From the NCBI GenBank assembly GCA_050246275.1, contig JBFWWI010000001.1, positions 1,116,913 through 1,180,912 on the forward strand: a stretch of 64,000 bases of DNA, in the 5' to 3' direction. Below the pieces are notes generated by a model, which searched no databases, was not told the DNA's origin, and saw only the letters and a list, made by a program, of their open reading frames with translations. Of this stretch, positions 8,965-16,643 are shown piece by piece (the first letter of the stretch is position 1; every line of letters starts with the position of its first letter). Source of the stretch: Pyrinomonadaceae bacterium. Its GTDB lineage: Bacteria > Acidobacteriota > Blastocatellia > Pyrinomonadales > Pyrinomonadaceae. A program made the position numbers and the translations under genes.

Positions 8965-10431
8965 TCAGGAGGCCTTCTCCCAACCGCCTACAAAATATTT
9001 CTTGGCCATTTCGTCCAGGAGCCGGCGTGCGGTCTTTTCGTTATTAGAGACCTTGATGTCGCGCTCGAGCGGCACCTTGCGGTTCGGGCTGAAGTCAGTG
9101 CCATAAACGACGTAACCGGGAAAATCGCCGGTGTCTTCTTTATTCGTCTTCCACAAGAGCAGCTTGCGGACCATCGGCGAGCCATGCATCACCTTGGTAT
9201 AGACTATGCGCTCGAGCAGTTCGCTGGGCTTAAGCTCGCCTGCACGGGCCGGTTTATCGGCATCCTGCACCGGAACGAGATCTTTTACCTGGCTGATGTT
9301 CACGTCCTCGCTGTTCGCCTCTTTATCGTCACGAAAACGTACGAATTGCGGGGAGATGACGCTGACGAGCGGCATTCGCGAAAGCGCAGAGTACCGCTTG
9401 CCGTTGAAATCCAGGACCATCTTTTTTACAGGGTCGCCCTTGGAGTTCTCAGGGATCAGGTCGAGAAAGGAGATCTCGATAACGGGTCCGGGCTCGATCA
9501 TCTCGTACGCGACGTAGTCATTGTTGACGGCGACGTACTCCGACGGAACGATCCGCTTGCGAAGGTCGGCAAAGATCTCTTTCCGATCATCCTCGGTAAA
9601 ACCTCCGCCGACCCGGGCGATCTCATGAAATGTACCATCGTCACGCATCACGGCGACGAGCAGATCGTGAAGCATGCCCTTGCGGTTATCGCTGCCCTCG
9701 GAAAAGCCGATGATCGCGGCATCGAGGTTATGGCGAGACTTTATTTTGTAATAGCCGAGCCGGTCATGCCGCAGGACGACGCCCTCAGCACCGTCGCCGA
9801 TAACCCAGTTGGTGAACGCGTCCTCGATCGTTTGGTGTTTGTCGGCGACAATGTGCTCGGCGGCCCGCACCAGCTTTCCGTTCTTGAACCATTTGTCGAG
9901 ATGTTTAAAGACCTCGGCAACGGCATCGACCGGCTTGCCCTCGAGCTGGGCGATATCAAAGACGGCAAGGCCGATACGCTTGAGATCGGCAGCGGACTTT
10001 GGATTTCTCAAGAGCGAAACGATCGCCTGCACCGGATTCCGGTTTCCCATATCGCCGGTGACGTACAGTTCCGCAGCGAGAACGCAGGACGTGACCTTTG
10101 CCTTCCTCAAAAGCTCGGCCGTTTCCTCAAAACATGGCAACCCGACGCGGACCGTGCCCCCGGGATTTACGCTGAAAATAGACGCGCCGTCGTAAACGAC
10201 ATATGTGAACTCGCCGTCGTACTTTCGGATAGCGTAGACCGAACGAACTTTCGGGAGCGACTGAATATCATGCGACGCGACGGCCCGCATCGCGCCGCTC
10301 AGGCGTCGGCGGTACTCGCGGGCCTTGCCCTGCCACGTCGGATCGGCGAGGTCCTGGGCTTTCCCGACCGCGTATTCACCTTTCTTTACGGTGAGTTTCT
10401 TTTTGTCGATGCTATCTTTCTTTTTCGCCAT
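8965..10431 (-). CDS. ATP-dependent DNA ligase (minimal NTase+OB type) with a ~110-aa C-terminal extension
   Basis: Motif I AIRKYDGEF (Lys70), III AELYV, IV EGVVLRH, V YYKIKSRHNLDAAIIG; OB region VGGGFTEDDRKEIF; motif VI QFVRFRDDK. The N-terminus is Lys-rich. The extra C-terminal domain ends ...ARRLLDEMAKKYFVGGWEKAS. Confidence 0.85.
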   Translation of the reverse strand: MAKKKDSIDKKKLTVKKGEYAVGKAQDLADPTWQGKAREYRRRLSGAMRAVASHDIQSLPKVRSVYAIRKYDGEFTYVVYDGASIFSVNPGGTVRVGLPCFEETAELLRKAKVTSCVLAAELYVTGDMGNRNPVQAIVSLLRNPKSAADLKRIGLAVFDIAQLEGKPVDAVAEVFKHLDKWFKNGKLVRAAEHIVADKHQTIEDAFTNWVIGDGAEGVVLRHDRLGYYKIKSRHNLDAAIIGFSEGSDNRKGMLHDLLVAVMRDDGTFHEIARVGGGFTEDDRKEIFADLRKRIVPSEYVAVNNDYVAYEMIEPGPVIEISFLDLIPENSKGDPVKKMVLDFNGKRYSALSRMPLVSVISPQFVRFRDDKEANSEDVNISQVKDLVPVQDADKPARAGELKPSELLERIVYTKVMHGSPMVRKLLLWKTNKEDTGDFPGYVVYGTDFSPNRKVPLERDIKVSNNEKTARRLLDEMAKKYFVGGWEKAS

Positions 10432-11134
10432 CGCCGTCCAGGATCTTTGGCCGCTTCAGTTCCATATTCGATAAATGAAGGATCAGACAGTAGGTATCCT
10501 TTTTGGTCCGGCCCTCGAGAAACGCGTTATAAGAACGCCCGCCGCGATTCATTACGATCGGCTGATCGCCTTTTTCTCCGCCGCGGACGAGCAGCAGCGA
10601 ACCGCGTTTCTCCAGGTCTTTTGCCATCTCATAAAGAAAGTCGAAGGTAAGGCCATTGATATGAACCAATTGCTTCTTACCGGTAAAAACAAAGCGGTGG
10701 ATCGCGTCTTCTTTCTTGATGTACTTTCCGGTCCATTTCAGGGGCTCGTCCGTATTGATATTCTGGAGTTCCTTTCGTCGTGGACGACGATCACGCAGTG
10801 TCCCGTCCGGGTCCTTGATCACCTCAAATTCGTCCACAACGTGAACGATCCCGCCTGGCGAAACATATACTCGCGAGGTCTCAGCCAGGAACTTGCCAAA
10901 AAGTTCGATGTTGATCTCCGGGTCTTCCTTGATCAACGCCATAGCGACCGAATCGAGTTTTTTTCGGCGCTTCATCAGTTGCGGAAGATCATGATCGATG
11001 TCGCTTTTCAGGATCTTTCGTGTCGTTATCGGGTCGCCGTTCCGGTCCCGGTAATAGACCTCACGTTCAGGCATGAGACCTTCCATCGCCACGACCGCGT
11101 CCCGGTTTTTCGCATTGCTGATGTTGATCGGCAT
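10412..11134 (-). CDS. Hypothetical protein (240 aa), operonic with the ligase
   Basis: Its stop overlaps the ligase start by 20 nt, and it starts 29 nt after the upstream ORF. No motif recognised by eye. Confidence 0.6.
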   Translation of the reverse strand: MPINISNAKNRDAVVAMEGLMPEREVYYRDRNGDPITTRKILKSDIDHDLPQLMKRRKKLDSVAMALIKEDPEINIELFGKFLAETSRVYVSPGGIVHVVDEFEVIKDPDGTLRDRRPRRKELQNINTDEPLKWTGKYIKKEDAIHRFVFTGKKQLVHINGLTFDFLYEMAKDLEKRGSLLLVRGGEKGDQPIVMNRGGRSYNAFLEGRTKKDTYCLILHLSNMELKRPKILDGDGEKER

Positions 11135-11163
11135 ATTGGCCCTGCTTTTACTCCCTGCTTTTA

Positions 11164-11772
11164 CTAAAGAAGATCGAAACTAATGTCGTCGGCCGAGATC
11201 TCCTGCTCCTCGACCTGATCGAGCCTAGCGGCCTGATTCAACCCGACAAAACCGATCTCTGCCCGCTTTCCGACGATCATAAATGCGTCTTTGCCCTGGC
11301 CGACAACGAATGCATCGTCGTATTCAAGTCCGCCGCGATAGCTGAATGGGAACGTATATATCAGGCCGGCAGAAAGATGATCTGTAAGAAGATCGAGCGG
11401 CCGCTCACCCGGGGACAAATAATAAACAGACTTCACTATCAGATCGAGATAATCGTCGATCTTGCTCTTCTGAAGTATGTTCGGGCCGTCAAAGGAAGAC
11501 GGTACCCGCTTGATCACTTCACCGTTCTCGTTGACGGGGACCAGGTCGGCCCGATCGATAGAGTCGCCTTTCGCATCGACGGTGGCGAGCGCCGTGCCGC
11601 CCTTGTCGATCAGGGTCATACCGTCTGCGTCGAGAACCTTTATCTCCGCAGGCCTGCCTTTTTCGTCGAACGCCTCGATCTCGACCGAGCCATAAAGCTT
11701 CTCACGGTCGACCTTAATTATCTCGACCGGAAACTCTTCGCCATCCAATGAAAGTGTCAATATCCTAGCCAT
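11164..11772 (-). CDS. Hypothetical protein (202 aa), first large gene of the ligase/PrimPol operon; faint Ku-like features
   Basis: Same strand, 29-nt gap to the next ORF. The N-terminus MARILTLSLDGEEFPVEIIKV and the central IDDYLDLIVKSVYYLSPGE resemble bacterial Ku patterns (M..iWkG.isFGLV.iPvkly and id..yf..sYyl.P), judged by eye only. Confidence 0.6.
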   Translation of the reverse strand: MARILTLSLDGEEFPVEIIKVDREKLYGSVEIEAFDEKGRPAEIKVLDADGMTLIDKGGTALATVDAKGDSIDRADLVPVNENGEVIKRVPSSFDGPNILQKSKIDDYLDLIVKSVYYLSPGERPLDLLTDHLSAGLIYTFPFSYRGGLEYDDAFVVGQGKDAFMIVGKRAEIGFVGLNQAARLDQVEEQEISADDISFDLL

Positions 11773-11950
11773 CTGAACAGAACTCTATATTTTAATCAGA
11801 CCCCGAATTGTGATGATTGCAAAACCGAACGGTTCCGACAAATCTGCTGCCATGGCCGGACGATCAATAGGGTAAATGCGGATCGATCCTCCGCCGGTGA
11901 ACCGTATATAGATGTTGAGATAAGACGTCGGCTGACATTTACCGGGATGC

Positions 11951-12154
11951 TCAGGCAAAGGTCTCCCGTGCCACCTCTCGCCGATGCCAGCACTTTGTAC
12001 AAAAGCGGCTTTCGCGAAGTTCTGACATCGTCAGGTCCTCAAAATCAGGGAGACAGCTAATCAGGTATTGCTGATCCTCCGTAAGCTCGGACCAGTTTCG
12101 GACTTTCATTGCGTTGCATCTCGGACATTGCGATTCTGAACCAAAGGCTTCCAT
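11951..12154 (-). CDS. Small zinc-ribbon-like protein (67 aa)
   Basis: Two Cys pairs, CPRC ... CTKC. Same strand and about 180 nt upstream of the operon. Whether it is really coding is uncertain. Confidence 0.4.
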   Translation of the reverse strand: MEAFGSESQCPRCNAMKVRNWSELTEDQQYLISCLPDFEDLTMSELRESRFCTKCWHRREVARETFA

Positions 12155-12287
12155 CGGTTTTGGCGTTTTGGGGATGTATGTTTAGAATCAAGATACTAAC
12201 CCGACGACGCAGGAAACTCAAAGCTATTTTCGACGCAACCGTACGGGTTTGATCTATCTAATCCTTTCGACCGACCCGTAAAGATAA

Positions 12288-15092
12288 ATGAATATCAAAA
12301 AGCTTCTGTTTCTGGCGACCTTTCTGGCAGTCAACTGTTTGACCGTTTCTGCTCAAACCGAAGAGAAATTCGATTTCTACACCCGCGGAGAATACCGGCC
12401 AAATGTGCCTAGGCCGCAATCGATCTTGCGTTACGATGTGGGCGACCATCATACGACCTATGCTCAAATGGAGCAGGTGATCAACGCGATCGCCTCAGCG
12501 GCGCCGGACCGTGTGAAGATCCTCCCAATCGGAACGACAAATGAACACCGTATGCAATATCTGATTGCCATCTCAGCGCCGGAGAACATGGCACGCCTTG
12601 ATGAGATCAAGGCTCAGAATGCCAGATTGGTCGATCCGCGTCGGACCTCAGCGGGCGAAGCTGAGGCGATAGCTCAAAATAACCCTGCGATCGCATGGAT
12701 GGCATACACCATCCACGGTAACGAGTCTTCGTCGTTCGAGGCATTTATGCAGGTGGTGTATCAACTTGCTGCTTCAAATGAGCCGACGACACTGGACATT
12801 CTCAAGAATACGGTTGTACTTGTCCTCGCTGGCGAGAACCCGGACGGCCACGAGCGTTTTGCTACCTGGTACAACTCGGTTGCCGTCGGCGATCCAAACC
12901 GTAACGCAATCGAACACCGCGAGCCATGGGCAATTTGGGGGCGGGTGAATCACTATCGATTCAATTTGAACCGCGACACACTAGCGTTTACTCAAAAGGA
13001 ATCGCGGAATATGCAGAAGGCATACATGGAGTGGAATCCGCAGCTCGCGGTAGATCATCACGGCCAGCCTTCGCAGTATTTCTTTCCGCCGGTCTCGTTG
13101 CCTATAAACCCGAATCTCCCGCAGCCGCAATATAACAAATGGCTCGATGTTTATGGGCGAGCCAATGCGGCCGCGTTCGATCGCAACAAATGGGATTACT
13201 ACGTAAGGGACGTGTTCGACGCCTTTTATCCGGGGTATTGGGATATGTATCCCTCGCTCAACGGCGCCACGGGAATGACTTATGAAACCGACGGCGGCGG
13301 ATTCAAGGGGCTCAAATGGACCCGGGATGACGGAACGATCGTTACATTTCGTTCATCCATCGCGAAGCATTACGTCGCGTCGATGACCACACTCGAATCG
13401 ACCGCGAAGAACAAGGTCGAAAGGATCAAGGACTTCTATGATTTCCGAGCCAGAGGTATGGCTGACCAGGCTCGTTCGAAGATGAAGCGCGTTGTGATCG
13501 ATCCGACCAGTGACCGCGTGAAGGCGGCCGAACTTGTCGAGGTGCTGCGACTTTCCAATGTCGAAGTTAAAGTTGCGTCGTCCTCATTCACATCGCCGAC
13601 CGCACACTCTTATATGGAAAAGGATGCAAAGGCGGCCTCACGCACTTTCCCGGCCGGTTCATACGTCATCGACCTCGACCAGCCTCAGAGAATTTATATA
13701 AAAGCAGTGCTCGAACAGGACACGCCGCAGGACAAAGCCTTCGTTGATGACAACATGGCCCGATTCAAACGAAACCAGATGCGTGGAAAGGGCCAGCCAA
13801 GGGAAGACTACGGGTTTTACGACATAACCGCTTGGTCAATGCCGCTCGCGTTCGGCGTGGATGCATGGTGGACCGAAGAATCCACAAATGTGGCGGGATC
13901 GATAGTCGATCAGACGATGCTCGAAAATGCGAAACGGGGCGGCGTGACGGGCCGCGCCGCGATCTCGTACATCATCCCGTACGAGACCGATTCTACCGGC
14001 GCCATGGTGATCAGGCTCTTGCAGGAAGGATTCAAGATCGCTGTAGCTACGCGGCCACTGAATGCGGGCGGGCGAAACTGGAAACGTGGAACGTTCGTGG
14101 TAAGAATTTCTAGAAATCCGGATACGATTCACGATGCGATCGCTAAATATGCTCGGGACATGGGCGTCAACGTAACGGCGGTCAATTCTGGATATAGTGA
14201 AGAAGGTGACACAAGCGTCGGCGGTGAGGCGGTTGTCTCGCTTCGCAAGCCGAAGATAGCGATCGCGGCTGACGAAGGCGTCACGCAGGAATCTTACGGA
14301 TCGATCTGGTGGACATTCGATAAACACGGCATCGCCTTTACGCCGATGACGATACCGACGATCAGGGGAGGAGGCCTCAAGGATTATAATGTCCTTATTA
14401 TCCCTGAAGGCTCGGCCGGACGTTACATGAGTTCGTTCGGGTCAGGTGGGGTCAGCGCCCTGAAGGACTTTGCGTCAGGCGGCGGAACGATCGTAACTAT
14501 AAGCGGTGCTTCGGTCTTCGCCGCGTTGAAGGATGTCGGACTCTCGTCGGTCAAGTTGGTCGGCAGTGACGACGACGAGCAAAAAGGAAAGGCCGAGGAT
14601 GAAAAGGACGCAAAACCCGCCGCCACCCCAACTCCCGAACCGGCAGGAATGGATCCAAAATCGGACCGCGAAGAGGGCATCGCCCCGAGCCTACCTCCGA
14701 TCGCATCGCCATCGGCAAATGCCAACAAGGTTCCGGAGGCACTTCCGGGAGCTATCTTTCGGGCGACCGTCGACCGTACGACCTATATCAATTACGGCGT
14801 CGAAAAGAACGAGATACCTGTTCTGCTCGCAAACGGTTATTTCTTCCGCTATTCAAAGGAAGGGACAAATGCTCTGGTCTTTGACGCCTCTCCGAAGAGA
14901 CCGCTTACAATATCCGGTTTCGTTTGGGAGGGTAACACTGAGCGTCTCTTAAAGGGAACAGCATATGTCATAGACGAATCGCTTGGAGGCGGGCATGTGG
15001 TCCTTTTTGCCGAGGATCCGTTCTATCGTGGAATGACCCGATCGACCTCTCGACAATTTTTCAACGCCATCGCCTTTAATGGTATATTCTAA
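12288..15092 (+). CDS. Secreted M14-family zinc carboxypeptidase-like protein with a large C-terminal extension
   Basis: Signal peptide MNIKKLLFLATFLAVNCLTVSAQ. The HGNESSS (HxxE zinc ligand motif) context TIHGNESSSFEAF is followed by ENPDGHE and a later DHHGQ. Confidence 0.85.
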   Translation: MNIKKLLFLATFLAVNCLTVSAQTEEKFDFYTRGEYRPNVPRPQSILRYDVGDHHTTYAQMEQVINAIASAAPDRVKILPIGTTNEHRMQYLIAISAPENMARLDEIKAQNARLVDPRRTSAGEAEAIAQNNPAIAWMAYTIHGNESSSFEAFMQVVYQLAASNEPTTLDILKNTVVLVLAGENPDGHERFATWYNSVAVGDPNRNAIEHREPWAIWGRVNHYRFNLNRDTLAFTQKESRNMQKAYMEWNPQLAVDHHGQPSQYFFPPVSLPINPNLPQPQYNKWLDVYGRANAAAFDRNKWDYYVRDVFDAFYPGYWDMYPSLNGATGMTYETDGGGFKGLKWTRDDGTIVTFRSSIAKHYVASMTTLESTAKNKVERIKDFYDFRARGMADQARSKMKRVVIDPTSDRVKAAELVEVLRLSNVEVKVASSSFTSPTAHSYMEKDAKAASRTFPAGSYVIDLDQPQRIYIKAVLEQDTPQDKAFVDDNMARFKRNQMRGKGQPREDYGFYDITAWSMPLAFGVDAWWTEESTNVAGSIVDQTMLENAKRGGVTGRAAISYIIPYETDSTGAMVIRLLQEGFKIAVATRPLNAGGRNWKRGTFVVRISRNPDTIHDAIAKYARDMGVNVTAVNSGYSEEGDTSVGGEAVVSLRKPKIAIAADEGVTQESYGSIWWTFDKHGIAFTPMTIPTIRGGGLKDYNVLIIPEGSAGRYMSSFGSGGVSALKDFASGGGTIVTISGASVFAALKDVGLSSVKLVGSDDDEQKGKAEDEKDAKPAATPTPEPAGMDPKSDREEGIAPSLPPIASPSANANKVPEALPGAIFRATVDRTTYINYGVEKNEIPVLLANGYFFRYSKEGTNALVFDASPKRPLTISGFVWEGNTERLLKGTAYVIDESLGGGHVVLFAEDPFYRGMTRSTSRQFFNAIAFNGIF

Positions 15093-15133
15093 GACGGTGC
15101 GAATGAGATGATCATTCGGGCAGGTATACATTT

Positions 15134-15619
15134 ATGTTCACTGTTAAGGCAGGCTATAGCGATGCGATCGAGGTAAGGTCGCCGGCGGATCAGGTCCGCG
15201 AGTTCTTTGCGGACCTGCGTAATTTTGCCGATCTGATGCCGGGCATTGCCGGTATCCACACCGACGCTAAGGGCGTCGCCCATTGGAAGATCGAAGCTGA
15301 CATCCCTGTGGTTGGCAAGATGATGCAGAAGTTTGCCGTCGAACTTGCGGAAAAGAACGAGGAACGCATCGAGTGGTTCCCGGTCGCTAAAGAGACTCAG
15401 AACTTTCTACGCTTTTCTGCTGAGTTTCTTGAGAAGGCTCGCGATACGACGTTGATCCATTTCTCTCAGATGGTCGAATTGAGGCGAAGGTCCGCACGTG
15501 AACTGCATATGCTTGCTGGCCTTGCAGGCGAATCACTTATCAGCACCGAAATGAGCAAAAAGGTGACCGAAATGATAAAGGTCTTCATCCAGAGGGCAAA
15601 AGAAAAACTCGAAAAATAG
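15134..15619 (+). CDS. SRPBCC/START-like small protein (hypothetical)
   Basis: 161 aa. The pattern of the N-terminal beta-strand region followed by a long C-terminal helix resembles CoxG/polyketide-cyclase-like folds. The family call is weak. Confidence 0.5.
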   Translation: MFTVKAGYSDAIEVRSPADQVREFFADLRNFADLMPGIAGIHTDAKGVAHWKIEADIPVVGKMMQKFAVELAEKNEERIEWFPVAKETQNFLRFSAEFLEKARDTTLIHFSQMVELRRRSARELHMLAGLAGESLISTEMSKKVTEMIKVFIQRAKEKLEK

Positions 15620-15643
15620 ATCGGAAGATCTGAAATAAAGCTA

Positions 15644-15692
15644 GGATCCCGTGCAATTTCACGCGTAGTAGATTGACGGGATCTTTTTTTTT
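15644..15692 (+). terminator. Rho-independent terminator
   Basis: GGATCCCGT (15644-15652) pairs with ACGGGATC (15676-15683), followed by T9. Confidence 0.75.
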
Positions 15693-15730
15693 ATATAATT
15701 CTTATTGAAATTGATTTTCAATTTCGAGCT

Positions 15731-16003
15731 ATGCAGAGTAATTCCGCCACAAAATTTTTACCGGCCGTTTCGGGCGAAAGCCGTATCGACCTTGCCATCG
15801 ATGGTGAAGAGACCGTTATCGAGCTTTCAACCTGGATCGAGGGTCTTGGCTGGAGCACTCAGAAGACGATGCGGCTTGATCCAATTCTGTTGGACCAGAT
15901 GCATCGCGTGATCACCGCTGCCCGGACACGTTTAAGGTCTGCGAGATCAGAGATCGGCGAACCAATGTCGTCACGTGTGCTTCCCTTTCCCGTAATTTCC
16001 TGA
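15731..16003 (+). CDS. Hypothetical small protein (90 aa)
   Basis: ORF only; no motif. It sits in AT-richer DNA after a strong terminator. Confidence 0.3.
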   Translation: MQSNSATKFLPAVSGESRIDLAIDGEETVIELSTWIEGLGWSTQKTMRLDPILLDQMHRVITAARTRLRSARSEIGEPMSSRVLPFPVIS

Positions 16004-16079
16004 GCTGGTTTCACCTTTAACGAATGGGCCGGGCGAATCGTGTTCACCTGGCCCAAACATAACTCAACCGTTAACGAGA

Positions 16080-16541
16080 TCAGCTTACCTCACGAAGCAC
16101 GATCCTCTCGGAATTTACCTTCGCCCTTCTTTCAGAAGTAAGTTTTTCAAGTTCTTCGATGTGCATCTGCTCGTCTGAGATCTGCCCCTCCAACCAGAAC
16201 TTCTGCGGGAGGTCGTCGTCGTCGCATGCCGCCCCTGCCGCCATGTAGGTTGCGATCGCCTCGCGCTCGAGTTCCAGGTCTTGTTTCAGCATTTCTTCGA
16301 GCTCTACCGATTGCCGGATCATCCCCGGTTCGACCGCCGGTACACCTCCAAGAGCTACGATCTTATCGCCCAGCGTGTCGGCGTGATCTTGAGCTTCTTC
16401 GGCCTGATCACGAAACCAGTCCTTAAAGACCTCGCGGTCGGTACCAGTCACGAGATAGCTGTGCTGCGAGTATTGAATGACCGCAGCGAGTTCCAGGCTC
16501 AACGCCTTGTTTAAATTTTCGACAAGTTCCGCTCTTCCCAT
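16080..16541 (-). CDS. Ferritin-like (bacterioferritin/Dps-superfamily) protein
   Basis: LNKALSLELAAVIQYSQHSY ... EEAQDHADTLGDKIVALGG ... DLELEREAIATY ... ISDEQMHIEELEKL shows the four-helix-bundle di-iron ligand pattern (E, ExxH twice). Confidence 0.8.
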   Translation of the reverse strand: MGRAELVENLNKALSLELAAVIQYSQHSYLVTGTDREVFKDWFRDQAEEAQDHADTLGDKIVALGGVPAVEPGMIRQSVELEEMLKQDLELEREAIATYMAAGAACDDDDLPQKFWLEGQISDEQMHIEELEKLTSERRAKVNSERIVLREVS

Positions 16542-16560
16542 ATCGCTCTCTCCCGATCTT

Positions 16561-16593
16561 TGAATAATAATTCAGGGTGGGTTCAGTTGTCAA
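16561..16593 (-). promoter_or_regulatory. Sigma-70-like promoter with an overlapping AT-rich palindrome (Fur/PerR-box-like) for the ferritin-like gene
   Basis: On the minus strand: TTGACA (16588-16593), an 18-nt spacer, then TATTAT. The palindrome TGAATTATTATTCA (16561-16574) covers the -10 region, 20 nt upstream of the ATG. Confidence 0.45.
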
Positions 16594-16643
16594 TATAAGT
16601 GCTTTATTCACAACATCTTAGAATTGACTTTCATTTTGAACAA

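Noticed and set aside
8638-10650. A 670-aa plus-strand ORF, the longest ORF across the ligase region.
   Set aside because: It runs antisense to the ligase and the neighbouring genes. Its translation is Arg/Gly/His-rich with no motifs, whereas the minus strand carries a complete, ordered ligase motif set. It is a typical shadow ORF in GC-rich DNA.
7240-12280. Whether the ligase/PrimPol block is an integrated mobile element or prophage remnant.
   Set aside because: I found no integrase, transposase, tRNA target or flanking direct repeats by eye, so a mobile_element call is not supportable. The only hints are the AT-richer upstream end and the strand switch.
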